The notes under the pieces are model-generated. The model saw nothing but the letters and a program-made list of their open reading frames with translations. It did no database searches and was not told where the DNA came from. This document shows positions 35,452-45,330 of a DNA stretch of 64,000 bases, in pieces (the first letter of the stretch is position 1; each line of letters starts with the position of its first letter). This DNA is from Candidatus Saccharimonadota bacterium (GTDB lineage Bacteria; Patescibacteriota; Saccharimonadia; Saccharimonadales; Saccharimonadaceae), in assembly GCA_017460625.1 (NCBI GenBank), contig JAFUAT010000003.1, positions 222 through 64,221 of the forward strand. Direction: 5' to 3'. The position numbers and the translations under genes are program-made.

Positions 35452-35459
35452 GATGGAAA

Positions 35460-35481
35460 AACCCCAGCGGATGCTGGGGTT
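35460..35481. terminator. Hairpin between the convergent truB and alarmone synthetase genes
   Basis: aaccccagc-ggat-gctggggtt. Confidence 0.75.
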
Positions 35482-35485
35482 CTAA

Positions 35486-36229
35486 TTATGAAATTGTCTG
35501 TGCCACAATAGTGGCGATTGAATCTATGTTTGTCGATTCGTTGTTTTCTACGACGACTTCGTTGTAGTCACGCAAGGCGATCGCCTCCTCGTCGAAGGCC
35601 CGTAATATTTTGCCGATATTGCGGAATTTCTCCTCGACTTCTGGAGACGGGTTTGGGTTTTTGTATTTCAGATCATGTTCTAGCGTCGCCCACAAATTCA
35701 TGGACTTGCTTCTGACTTGTATTTCTACAGGAATCAGTTTTGAACCTGTGAACGGGTCATGGATCTCGACTTGACAATCCAAGTGAAGACTTTGATACCC
35801 GTTTGTTTTTGGGTTTTTGACATAGTCTTTTTCTTTGACTATATTAATACCCGGTGTTTTGCTGATTAGCTCCTTCACCATATCGATTTCATCGATATAT
35901 TTAGTGATGATTCGGATGCCAGCAATATCACCGATGCGGTGAAGGCCTTCCGTATCAAACGAATAGCCTTTTTTGAAGCATTTTCCTTTGACGCTTTTGA
36001 AGGTCTTTATGCGGCTTTCAATTCGGTCGAAAGGGTTTCTTATCCCTTGGCGTTCGATTGATTCACATAAATTCTCAATACGTGCCAGAGTAAGACGCAA
36101 AGCTGCGCTACACTCGGCGACGTATGAATCATATGCGGCACCAAATGTCTCAAAATCTATATCGTTGTCGGTATTTTCTAAATCTACCTCTACGATACTG
36201 CTAAATGTTTCTGTTGACAATTTCGTCAC
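35486..36229 (-). CDS. Small alarmone synthetase (RelA/SpoT synthetase-only, RelP/RelQ-like); start may be the TTG at 36220
   Basis: SRIKTFKSV.GK, DIAGIRII, KDYVKNPKTNGYQSLH, VEIQVRS..MNLWATLEHDLKYK. Confidence 0.92.
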   Translation of the reverse strand: MTKLSTETFSSIVEVDLENTDNDIDFETFGAAYDSYVAECSAALRLTLARIENLCESIERQGIRNPFDRIESRIKTFKSVKGKCFKKGYSFDTEGLHRIGDIAGIRIITKYIDEIDMVKELISKTPGINIVKEKDYVKNPKTNGYQSLHLDCQVEIHDPFTGSKLIPVEIQVRSKSMNLWATLEHDLKYKNPNPSPEVEEKFRNIGKILRAFDEEAIALRDYNEVVVENNESTNIDSIATIVAQTIS

Positions 36230-36379
36230 CCCCTGATATTAATTTGCTAGGTTTATAACCAACATCTCTAATTATATCACACTTAAGTTAATCTGTCAAT
36301 ATTTTCCTTTAACAATAGCCCTTAAAGTGTTGTTCGGTCATTGGAAAATGTGGTATAATGGAGATATAACACTTAACAG

Positions 36380-36448
36380 GGGAAGACGGCAGAGATGAGC
36401 TGTCTAGGCTTTGAGATGATTTAGACTGCTGATCTCTGAGGTTTTCCC
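36380..36448 (+). promoter_or_regulatory. Long stem-loop in the pnp 5' leader
   Basis: Paired segments 36380-87/36441-48, 36390-96/36432-38, 36398-400/36428-30 and 36402-07/36421-26, after TATAAT 36354-36359. Confidence 0.65.
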
Positions 36449-36466
36449 TAATAGGAAAGGATTTTT

Positions 36467-38638
36467 ATGGAAATAATAAACCCAAACGGTAAGAAAACGG
36501 TACAGGTTTCCTGTGACTGGCTTGGGCGTAAATTAACTCTAGAAGTTAACAGAGTTGGTTTTAGGACAACATCTTCGGTCTTGGTGACTTATGGTGACAC
36601 AGTGGTGCTTGGTTCGGTGGTGGTTGGTACAAAACCAGTGGTGCAGGACTTTTTCCCACTTTCGATTGACTACGAAGAAAAGTTTTATGCTGCGGGTAAG
36701 ATTTCGGCTTCTAGGTTTATCAAGAGAGAAGGCAAGCCTGCAGATGAAGCAGTGTTAGTAGGGCGTTTGATTGATCGCCCGATTCGTCCGCTTTTTCCAA
36801 AAGGATATCGTCAGGAGATTCAAGTGGTTTGTACGGTGCTTTCGATGGACCCGAATTTTCGACCAGATTGCGTAGCGATGATTGCGGCATCAAGTGCTCT
36901 TATGAATGCTGGTGTACCGTTTGATGGTCCAGTAGCTGGAATTAGAATCGGTCGAATCGGGGGAGAGTTTAAAGGTTTTCTTAGTCCATCCGAGAGAGAA
37001 CAATCTCCACTTGACTTGGTAGTGGCTTGTAAAGATGGCAAAGTAGTGATGGTAGAGGCCGGTGCAAAGGAAGTGCCAGAAGATACCATTATCGAAGCGA
37101 TGCATTGGGCAGTGGAAAATGTTCAACCGGTGCTAGATTTACAAAGACAGCTGGCCAAACAAGTAAATGCGCCTGAGCAAGAATATGAACTAGTGCTTCC
37201 TTCTGAAGAAGTAATCAAAGAAGTAGAAAAATGGACTGATGGTAAATTTGGCTCAAAGATTCGTGGAAATGTGATGGAGCGAGCGCATCTTTTGGATGAT
37301 ATGAAATACGCTATGCATGATGAATTTGCTCTTTCAAAAGGTCAGGGTGAAACTGACAATGAAAAAGTAAAATGGTATGATGAAAATTTGCGCGATGTTT
37401 ACGATCAGGCATTTGAATTAGCGGTGCACAAAGAAGTACGTCGGGGAATTTTGGAAGAAGGCGTGCGTCCGGATGGGCGAAAGTTGACAGAAGTGAGACC
37501 TTTGTCTTCGCAGGTGGGGATTTTGCCAAGAGTGCACGGTTCTTCGCTGTTTACTCGTGGCGTAACTCAAGCAATGAACATTGTGACGCTCGCCCCGCTT
37601 TCTTATTCACAAGATGTGGATACGATGGAAGTAACTGATGGCAAGAGACGCTACATGCATCATTATAATGCGCCATCTTATACTGTAGGCGAGCCTGGTA
37701 GGCTTGGTTCTCCTGGACGTCGTGAGATTGGTCATGGATATCTGGCCGAAAGAGCGCTTTTGCCGGTATTGCCGTCAGAAGAAGATTTCCCTTATGCAAT
37801 TAGAAGCGTGACCGAGATTATGTCTCAAAACGGTTCAACTTCCATGGCGGCAACTTGTTCGTCTTGTATGGCTCTCATGGATGCTGGTGTGCCTTTGAAG
37901 CGCCCAGTTTCTGGTGTTGCGATGGGGCTTATGGTGGATGTACCAAAAGGACAACCGATTGAAGCATCGGATATTGACAAAGCTTACGTTTTAACTGATT
38001 TAATGGATGCGGAAGATTTTGCTGGCGATATGGACTTTAAGGTAACGGGTACGACGGAAGGTATTACAGCTCTTCAAATGGATATGAAGGTGCATGGTCT
38101 TCCAGTAGAAATTTTGGAAAAGGCAATTAAGCAAAGTCATGAAGGTCGAATGTTTATTTTGAAACATTTGCTTGAAGTAATTCCGGAACCTAGAAAGAAT
38201 ATTTCTGAATATGCACCAAGAATTGAGAAAATTAAAATCTCTAAGGATAAAATTGGCGCCGTAATTGGCAAGGGTGGTGAAATGATTAATAAAATCACAT
38301 CCGAAACTGGTGCTGGAGTAGATATTGCCGAAGATGGACTTGTAACAATTTCTGGAAACGATGCTGAGTCGATTAAAAAGGCTCTTTCGTGGGTGAAAAG
38401 TTTAACTGAAGAGCCAGAAGTAGGAAAAGTTTACAATGGTACAGTAGTTTCTATTAAAGATTTCGGTGCTTTTGTGAATATTCTTCCAGGAATAGATGGA
38501 ATGTTACATATTTCGCAAATCGTGGAAGGTAAGAGGCTAAAATCTGTAACTGAAATATTACATGAAGGCGACAAAGTAAAAGTTCGTTTGGTCGCAATTG
38601 ATCATGGAAAACTCAGCCTTTCTATGATTGGACTCTAA
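36467..38638 (+). CDS. pnp: Polyribonucleotide nucleotidyltransferase
   Basis: RLIDRPIRPLFP, RVHGSSLFTRG, RREIGHG, DFAGDMDFKV.GT, KH and S1 domains. Confidence 0.98.
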   Translation: MEIINPNGKKTVQVSCDWLGRKLTLEVNRVGFRTTSSVLVTYGDTVVLGSVVVGTKPVVQDFFPLSIDYEEKFYAAGKISASRFIKREGKPADEAVLVGRLIDRPIRPLFPKGYRQEIQVVCTVLSMDPNFRPDCVAMIAASSALMNAGVPFDGPVAGIRIGRIGGEFKGFLSPSEREQSPLDLVVACKDGKVVMVEAGAKEVPEDTIIEAMHWAVENVQPVLDLQRQLAKQVNAPEQEYELVLPSEEVIKEVEKWTDGKFGSKIRGNVMERAHLLDDMKYAMHDEFALSKGQGETDNEKVKWYDENLRDVYDQAFELAVHKEVRRGILEEGVRPDGRKLTEVRPLSSQVGILPRVHGSSLFTRGVTQAMNIVTLAPLSYSQDVDTMEVTDGKRRYMHHYNAPSYTVGEPGRLGSPGRREIGHGYLAERALLPVLPSEEDFPYAIRSVTEIMSQNGSTSMAATCSSCMALMDAGVPLKRPVSGVAMGLMVDVPKGQPIEASDIDKAYVLTDLMDAEDFAGDMDFKVTGTTEGITALQMDMKVHGLPVEILEKAIKQSHEGRMFILKHLLEVIPEPRKNISEYAPRIEKIKISKDKIGAVIGKGGEMINKITSETGAGVDIAEDGLVTISGNDAESIKKALSWVKSLTEEPEVGKVYNGTVVSIKDFGAFVNILPGIDGMLHISQIVEGKRLKSVTEILHEGDKVKVRLVAIDHGKLSLSMIGL

Positions 38639-38641
38639 TAA

Positions 38642-40489
38642 ATGAATAAAATACGAAATTTTTGCATTATTGCGCATATTGATCATGGTAAATCAACCAT
38701 CGCGGATCGGATGATGGAAATCACCGGAACGGTTTCTAAGCGTGAGATGAAAACTCAGCTGCTTGATTCAATGGAACTGGAACGTGAAAAGGGGATTACG
38801 ATTAAACTTGCTCCGGTAACCATGAATTGGAAAGGATATACTTTAAATTTGATTGATACGCCAGGTCATGTTGACTTTTCGTATGAAGTATCGAGAAGTT
38901 TGCAAGCGGTCGAAATGGCGGTTTTAGTAGTAGATGCAACGCAGGGGATTCAGGCGCAGACGCTTGCAAATGTTTATTTGGCTTTGGAACAGGATTTGAA
39001 TATAATTCCAGTAATAAATAAAATTGATTTACCGGCGGCGGACGTTCCTGGAGTTTCAGCACAGATCGTGAATCTTCTGGGTTGCTCTGAAGATGATATC
39101 ATCAAAGTTTCGGGGAAAACTGGAGAAAATGTTGATAAAATACTGGATGCGGTGATAGAAACAGAACCGGTGTCTTTCTCATCGGGACTTGAATTTTTAA
39201 GCACGTCATACGCCGGTTTTGTTTCTACTAGGGCCTTAATATTTGATTCGTATTTTGATGACTATCGTGGGGTGGTATTATATATACGTGTATTTGAAGG
39301 GGAGATTTTGAAGAATTCGGAGATTTTGATGATGGCGACAGAGACAAAAGGGTTGGCGCTTGAAGTAGGGGTATTAACTCCAAAGATGACCCCGAGAGAA
39401 TCTTTAAAGTCTGGTGAAATTGGCTATATTGTGACGAATCTAAAAACTACAAGAGAAGCAAAAGTCGGTGATACGGTGACGCTTGCGAAGGGTCTAACAA
39501 TAGATAAAGAAAAACATAAAATATTTGATGCTCATGGCAAAGTATTTGAACCTTTGCCAGGATATAAAAACGTTTTACCGTTTGTATATGCTGGATTTTT
39601 TCCAGTTTCTAATGATCAATATAAGGAATTAAAAGAAGCCATAGAAAAATTAAGTTTGTCGGACTCGGCACTTCAATATGCGCCAGAAAATTCACCAGTT
39701 CTTGGGTTTGGCCTTAGAATTGGTTTTTTGGGACTTCTTCATATGGATATTATAAAAGAGCGGTTGGAACGCGAGTTTGGACTTGATCTTATTATTACTA
39801 ATCCATCTACAAACTATGAAGTACTTTTAAATAATGGTGAAGAAATCGAAATTAAATCAGCGTCGGAACTTCCAGACATGACAGGAGTTGCGGAGATTCG
39901 AGAGCCTTGGGTAAAAGGTGAAATAATCGTACCGCGAGAGATGATTGGGAATGTATTAAATCTGATTAATGAAAAACGTGGTTTACAAACAAATTTAAGT
40001 TATATTGAAGAAAGAGCGGTGATAGATTTTGAGGCACCAATGGCGAACTTATTAACGGATTTTTATGATCAATTAAAATCGGTTACTAGTGGATATGCTT
40101 CATTTAATTATGAATTGAATGGTTATAAACCAGAGGATTTGGTAAGAATTGACTTTTTAGTAGCGGGGCAAAAAATGGATGCTTTGTCGGTAATGGCGCA
40201 TAAATCTGAAGCTGATGCGATTGGGCGTGAGGTAACAAAGAAATTAAAAGAAGTGATTCCGAGACAGAATTTTGAAGTAGCGCTTCAAGCGGCAGTAGGC
40301 GCTAGGATTATTGCGCGGGAGACGATTGGCGCTTATAGAAAAGATGTGCTAGTTAAAATACATACTGGTGACAGAGATCGAAAAGCTAAACTTCTTGAAA
40401 AACAAAAACGTGGTAAAGCTAGGATGAAGAGATTTGGAAAAATCGATATTCCGCCAGAGGCTTTTACTGTTATGTTAAAGAAGAATTAA
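38642..40489 (+). CDS. lepA: Elongation factor 4 (LepA)
   Basis: IRNFCIIAHIDHGKST, EREKGITIK, DTPGHVDF, GFLGLLHM, KLLEKQK.GK.RMK. Confidence 0.98.
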   Translation: MNKIRNFCIIAHIDHGKSTIADRMMEITGTVSKREMKTQLLDSMELEREKGITIKLAPVTMNWKGYTLNLIDTPGHVDFSYEVSRSLQAVEMAVLVVDATQGIQAQTLANVYLALEQDLNIIPVINKIDLPAADVPGVSAQIVNLLGCSEDDIIKVSGKTGENVDKILDAVIETEPVSFSSGLEFLSTSYAGFVSTRALIFDSYFDDYRGVVLYIRVFEGEILKNSEILMMATETKGLALEVGVLTPKMTPRESLKSGEIGYIVTNLKTTREAKVGDTVTLAKGLTIDKEKHKIFDAHGKVFEPLPGYKNVLPFVYAGFFPVSNDQYKELKEAIEKLSLSDSALQYAPENSPVLGFGLRIGFLGLLHMDIIKERLEREFGLDLIITNPSTNYEVLLNNGEEIEIKSASELPDMTGVAEIREPWVKGEIIVPREMIGNVLNLINEKRGLQTNLSYIEERAVIDFEAPMANLLTDFYDQLKSVTSGYASFNYELNGYKPEDLVRIDFLVAGQKMDALSVMAHKSEADAIGREVTKKLKEVIPRQNFEVALQAAVGARIIARETIGAYRKDVLVKIHTGDRDRKAKLLEKQKRGKARMKRFGKIDIPPEAFTVMLKKN

Positions 40490-40558
40490 CAAAAACATTT
40501 TTATTTTTTAGAAAATGTCTTTTTTTGTGCTATAATGGTCTAAACATAAGCGGAGCAG

Positions 40559-41632
40559 TTGATGCGTAGAAATAAGTATGCTAGGCCGATGCCTACCGAA
40601 GAGGATAAAGAAAAAGCCAAGCTGAAAGCAGCTGGGGCTGATCCTTTGGTTTGGGCAATGAAAAGCGTAGATGAGGAGTTTCCGGATGACAGAGAAAAAG
40701 ATGCAGAGACTATCCAGGCAGAGACAGAAGTAGTAGAACCAGAGGATGACACTGAAGAAATGCTCGATGATGAAGGAGATGTAGAAACGCCTGTAAATGA
40801 AAAAGCTACTGAAATACGCGCAGAAGACAAGACTGCAATGCCGATGGATGATGGTGTAATGACAGTGGAAGTTACACCGATGCGTCAAGATGTGAGTAAA
40901 GTTTCTCCGGATGAAGCAAAACAACCAATAAAAGCTGAAGCGAATGATACTTTGACTACAGATAAAGACGGTGAAATGCAGAAAAAAGTAATTTTTAGCA
41001 AAAAGAATTCGTCGAAGGCAGAAAAGACTGATGATCCGAAAGTTCAAGTAAAACTTACGAGCTTGGAATCCAAGCAAAAGAAAATGATGTTTGCTTTTGC
41101 AGCATTGATTCTTCTTGCGATTGGCGGAGTGGCTTTTGGTGTGGTGGCGATGGTCCAACAAAATAAGACTGTAGAAAATCTTGAAAATCAAATTGCGAGT
41201 GTAACCACTACGACTGACGAAGTTGATGATGAGTACATTACATTGAAAGATTGGGGTTTGAAAATTAAAATTATTTCTGGTCTTTCTAACGTAAATTATA
41301 ATTATGTAGATGATGACTCGGCAGAAGTTTTGATTTGGGGTTCTACAAAGAGCACGGAGAATCGTTATGTGCCAGATTTTGCAAAGCAAAATAAAAATAG
41401 CAATCCACTTGGTACGGTAGTGAGAGTACCGCGATACGAGCGAGCGGCGGCTGGACGTTTGATTTGGTATGACGATTATTATAACTACTATTATCAAGGT
41501 CCAACAGGCGTGCCGGAAGTTTCAGAAGACGAAATGAGCTGGTGGGTTGAGAGTTATTTGCTCATCAAAGATATGCTAACGAACGCCGATAACTATTCGT
41601 CAATTAGTGAAGCGACGGTTGGTCAACAATAA
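40559..41632 (+). CDS. Hypothetical membrane protein with acidic disordered N-terminus
   Basis: D/E-rich region, one TM segment, globular C-terminus. Confidence 0.7.
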   Translation: MMRRNKYARPMPTEEDKEKAKLKAAGADPLVWAMKSVDEEFPDDREKDAETIQAETEVVEPEDDTEEMLDDEGDVETPVNEKATEIRAEDKTAMPMDDGVMTVEVTPMRQDVSKVSPDEAKQPIKAEANDTLTTDKDGEMQKKVIFSKKNSSKAEKTDDPKVQVKLTSLESKQKKMMFAFAALILLAIGGVAFGVVAMVQQNKTVENLENQIASVTTTTDEVDDEYITLKDWGLKIKIISGLSNVNYNYVDDDSAEVLIWGSTKSTENRYVPDFAKQNKNSNPLGTVVRVPRYERAAAGRLIWYDDYYNYYYQGPTGVPEVSEDEMSWWVESYLLIKDMLTNADNYSSISEATVGQQ

Positions 41633-41665
41633 TTTCGCTGTAATAATCTGTGATATAATGGTGGT

Positions 41666-42205
41666 ATGAAATGCAAAAAAATATTAGGCTATCTGGTGTT
41701 TGCTTGTATTTTTGGGGGTTTCTTGATTGTGAATGTTTCGTATGTTTATGCAGATGAAGAAGAAAAACCTTTAATAACGACGGAACAAAGAAGTACGATT
41801 GTGGATCATTGCGACGCAATGAAGGATAGCGTAAAATCTCTGCAGCGGACTGATTCGCGGGCCAGAGTATATCTTGGTCGGTATTATGAAACGATTCTGA
41901 CGAGCTTTATGACACCGCTGAATGTGCGGTTAGTAGAAAATAACATTTCAAATACTAAGCTTCTTGACAACCAGACAAATTTTGCGGCTAGAAGGACGCG
42001 GTTTGTGAATAATTATATTACCTATCAACAAGCGTTAGAAGATCTAGTTAATACGAATTGTAAAACTGAGCCAGAAAAGTTTTATGAAAAATTAGTTGTA
42101 GCAAGAGAAAAACGGGAAATCGTTAATCATGATGCGCAGCGGCTTAAAGAGATGGCGGAGACGCAAGTAAAATTGGTAGAGGAACTAAAAAATGGAGTCA
42201 AGTAA
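41666..42205 (+). CDS. Secreted helical hypothetical protein
   Basis: Signal peptide ending VYA; two Cys; coiled-coil character. Confidence 0.7.
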   Translation: MKCKKILGYLVFACIFGGFLIVNVSYVYADEEEKPLITTEQRSTIVDHCDAMKDSVKSLQRTDSRARVYLGRYYETILTSFMTPLNVRLVENNISNTKLLDNQTNFAARRTRFVNNYITYQQALEDLVNTNCKTEPEKFYEKLVVAREKREIVNHDAQRLKEMAETQVKLVEELKNGVK

Positions 42206-42569
42206 GAACGAGCCGAGTAAAATTGAACGAGTTCATTCTACTAATAATGGTGGCAAGAAGCTGATTGTTATGGCGTCAATTTCGGTTATAATTTCACTAG
42301 CACTTACGAGTGTTTCGCTTGCAGTATATCATTATTCTGGTGATATATATCTAGACCGATCACGACCAGGATATTTGCCGGATGCAGACGAAGTAGAAAC
42401 GGAAGAAGAAAATGAGGAAGGTGAATACGCATTTGATAAATCAGGAGCTTTGACACAGGAAGTTTTGGATGAATATATTAAGAATTTGCAGGTAGAACTT
42501 AAGGCTTTAAACGATTATCAAAATCCTTTTGGTGCTGATGCTTTGTCGGACGAACATTTTGGTTTATAA
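42192..42569 (+). CDS. Small membrane-anchored hypothetical protein
   Basis: One TM segment; DIYLDRSRPGY motif. Confidence 0.65.
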   Translation: MESSKNEPSKIERVHSTNNGGKKLIVMASISVIISLALTSVSLAVYHYSGDIYLDRSRPGYLPDADEVETEEENEEGEYAFDKSGALTQEVLDEYIKNLQVELKALNDYQNPFGADALSDEHFGL

Positions 42570-42647
42570 ATAATTGATTTTTGTTTAATTTAATATTGAC
42601 TTACAAAAGAATAACCATTATAATGGTTGGTAAGAAAGGTTATACTA

Positions 42648-44432
42648 ATGAAAAATAACAAGGGGATATTTGGGAAATTATTATCTATTGCTGGAGCGGT
42701 GCTAATTGTAGTAGGCGTTTTTGTTTTTCAAGGTTTGTCAAATGCAGAGACGGATGTTACATCACCTAGTGGTGGCGACGTGGGAATGGTAGTTCCTGGT
42801 GCGGAACCTGATGCTACAGAACCAGATGCAGACGTGGATGATGAATCCGATGACGTTGATATAGATAATACGATTGATGCCAGTGATGAAACTACAGATA
42901 CAATAGACACGACAGAACTTCCAACTGAGTATACATACACTGTGAAATATTATTTAAGTGATGAATCTGACGCAGAGCCGGTCGAGATGCAGACTTATAC
43001 CGGTGAAGAAGTGGAATATTCTTTTAAAGTGATTGAGTATGAACTTGATGAAAATACAAGTAAAAAAGGTGATTTTCTTGGTTGGTATGAATTTGAGAAT
43101 GAAAAATTAGGTGAATATCTGAAAGCTGAAGATGAAATCAAACTGGATGTAGAGAAAAATGAAATTAAATTAATCGCGAAAATTGCTAAGTTAGAAAATT
43201 ATGCGCTCCGTTATAACGTAAATGGTGGTGCTGGTGCGCCAGCTACACAACTTTGCCAGTCGTACTTTGGAACTTGTGATTTTGTAATCGCAGCAAATAT
43301 TCCTACAAAGGAAGGTTATGAATTTAAAGGTTGGACGATAAATGGTGATGAGTCTAAAATTTATGCTCCAGGGTCTAGCGTAAAAAGTACTTCGACTGAC
43401 GAGACATTGACATTATTCGCTGCTTGGGCGGAAATAAAGACTTATACACTCATGTATGATATCAATGGTGGTTCTGGTGCGCCAGAGATTCAAGCTTGTA
43501 AGAGTGCAAGTGGTGCTTGTAAATTTATCATTACTGGGGTTACTCCTAGTAAGAAGAGCGCAGTATTTGATGGCTGGATGAGAGGTGAGGAATCTTATAT
43601 GGCTGGAAATGAGATTGTGGTAACAGAAACAAACACAATTTTACTTGCTAAATGGAATCCGATTTACAACTTTACACTTACTTATACTGCGGAAGAAGGA
43701 ACAGAAAACTTACCGGATGCTCAAAAGTGTGAAACTACCATGGGCAGTTGTACGTTTATCGTTTCAACTAAAGAACCAACAAGAGAAGGCTATATATTCC
43801 TTGGTTGGAGATGGGCAGATAAGGAAGATATGAGAGCTAAAGGTGGCGACGAACTAGTTGTTGCGATTGATGGCGAGCTTGATCTTAAAATCATGGCGGT
43901 TTGGTCCAGAATTTATCCAGTTCTAAATTCTGGTGAAGTATTTGGGGTTGGTGAAAGAGTGGTAGTTAGAAGTTCTGCGAACTTCCAGAATTTCCAGAAG
44001 CTCACAATTGACTCCGAAGAGGTACCATCCGAATATTATACCGTAAGCGAAGGTGAAACTACTTCGATTGTGCTTAGTAATGCATTTTCGCAATCGCTTG
44101 GTAGTGGTGAACATGGTTTTACTGTAACATGGGCAGATGGTGAAGCGAATGGGATTATTTCGGTGAATCAAAATGAAGATGGCACAAAGAGATTCGTGGT
44201 AGTAGATGCAATGGGCAATACCACTGCAAACGGATTAATGTATCGTCCAAAAGCTGGTGCTGTTTCGAAGGAATCTAGCGGGGTTGTGGCGGATGCCGCT
44301 TCGAATAACGAGGAATCGAACTTTGATGCGGTTAGAACTCTTGTAATTGTAGCTGTAGCAACGTTCATAGTAGTCTACATTGTAAATAGATTCTATGTTA
44401 GAAGAAAAATGGAATTTATTGAAGAGTTTTAA
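42648..44432 (+). CDS. Surface protein with Listeria-Bacteroides (InlB B-like/Flg_new) repeats and C-terminal TM
   Basis: Repeats of Y.L.Y..NGG.GAP..Q.C....C.F.I....P.K.GY.F.GW; start after SD AGAAAGG. Confidence 0.82.
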   Translation: MKNNKGIFGKLLSIAGAVLIVVGVFVFQGLSNAETDVTSPSGGDVGMVVPGAEPDATEPDADVDDESDDVDIDNTIDASDETTDTIDTTELPTEYTYTVKYYLSDESDAEPVEMQTYTGEEVEYSFKVIEYELDENTSKKGDFLGWYEFENEKLGEYLKAEDEIKLDVEKNEIKLIAKIAKLENYALRYNVNGGAGAPATQLCQSYFGTCDFVIAANIPTKEGYEFKGWTINGDESKIYAPGSSVKSTSTDETLTLFAAWAEIKTYTLMYDINGGSGAPEIQACKSASGACKFIITGVTPSKKSAVFDGWMRGEESYMAGNEIVVTETNTILLAKWNPIYNFTLTYTAEEGTENLPDAQKCETTMGSCTFIVSTKEPTREGYIFLGWRWADKEDMRAKGGDELVVAIDGELDLKIMAVWSRIYPVLNSGEVFGVGERVVVRSSANFQNFQKLTIDSEEVPSEYYTVSEGETTSIVLSNAFSQSLGSGEHGFTVTWADGEANGIISVNQNEDGTKRFVVVDAMGNTTANGLMYRPKAGAVSKESSGVVADAASNNEESNFDAVRTLVIVAVATFIVVYIVNRFYVRRKMEFIEEF

Positions 44433-44453
44433 ATTCCGTGATATAATACCGAT

Positions 44454-45284
44454 ATGAAAATTTCGAAAGCTATTATCCCAGTTGCTGGATGGGGGACTCG
44501 GCGGCTGCCTATTACTAAGATTATTGAAAAATCTATGCTTCCTGTTGGGAATCGCCCTCTGGTGGATTATTCCGTGCAGGAATTGATTGCTGCTGGTGTA
44601 AAAGATATATATATGATTGTTTCGAATGTAGAGCCGTGTCAAGTAAGAGCGTTTTATCGAGACAATCTGGCACTAAACCTGTATTTACATGAGCGCGGTA
44701 AGGAAGATAAGCTAGAAAAAGCAAAAACATTGCCAGATGATGTAAGAATCCATTATATTGCGCAAGATCCTTCGGCAAAATATGGTACGGCTGTGCCGGT
44801 TGCAATGGCAGTAGAAGAATATGATATAAACGAACCTGTTTTGGTGTTTATGGGTGATGATTTTGTATGGAATCCTGGTGGGAAAACTTCTACCGAAGCG
44901 TTACTCGAAGCAGTGAAAGATCCTTCAGAATCGGCTCTCTTTGCGATTGACCATCCATATGAAGCGCTACTTAACGGTGGAGCTTTAACTATTAAAGATG
45001 AAAAAGTAGTAAAAATTACTGAAAAACCGACTCCAGAGCAAGTGACTGGACTTACTAGTATTAGCAAATATATTTTATCACCAGATTTGTTGCAGGAAAT
45101 CGTAAAATACGTAAAAAACAATGATTTTGGTCCGACTGACCAAGAATATATGATTACTGATCCTTTTGCTACCTACATTGAAAAGGGTGGAGTAATGAGA
45201 GTAGCTAGAACAGATGGCGAATATCTGGATGGCGGTACGGTAGAAGGCTGGGTTCACGCAAATAACGTCGTGTGCGGTTTTTAG
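44454..45284 (+). CDS. Sugar-phosphate nucleotidyltransferase (GalU-like)
   Basis: KAIIPVAGWGTRRLPITK...K.MLPV, GTA, MGDD, EKP, YLDGG. Confidence 0.85.
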   Translation: MKISKAIIPVAGWGTRRLPITKIIEKSMLPVGNRPLVDYSVQELIAAGVKDIYMIVSNVEPCQVRAFYRDNLALNLYLHERGKEDKLEKAKTLPDDVRIHYIAQDPSAKYGTAVPVAMAVEEYDINEPVLVFMGDDFVWNPGGKTSTEALLEAVKDPSESALFAIDHPYEALLNGGALTIKDEKVVKITEKPTPEQVTGLTSISKYILSPDLLQEIVKYVKNNDFGPTDQEYMITDPFATYIEKGGVMRVARTDGEYLDGGTVEGWVHANNVVCGF

Positions 45285-45307
45285 CACTCTATGGTTGCAA
45301 GTGCTAA
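45281..45307 (+). promoter_or_regulatory. CIRCE element (HrcA operator) upstream of clpC-clpP
   Basis: TTAGCACTC-N9-AAGTGCTAA, one mismatch from TTAGCACTC-N9-GAGTGCTAA, 11 nt before TATAAT 45318-45323. Confidence 0.85.
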
Positions 45308-45330
45308 TTATATGTGCTATAATTGGGGGT

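Noticed and set aside
40508-41497. 329-aa minus-strand ORF and the many other shadow ORFs (e.g. 4324-4617, 25666-26079, 58939-59460)
   Set aside because: They lie antisense to or out of frame with well-supported genes, and lack motifs and start signals.
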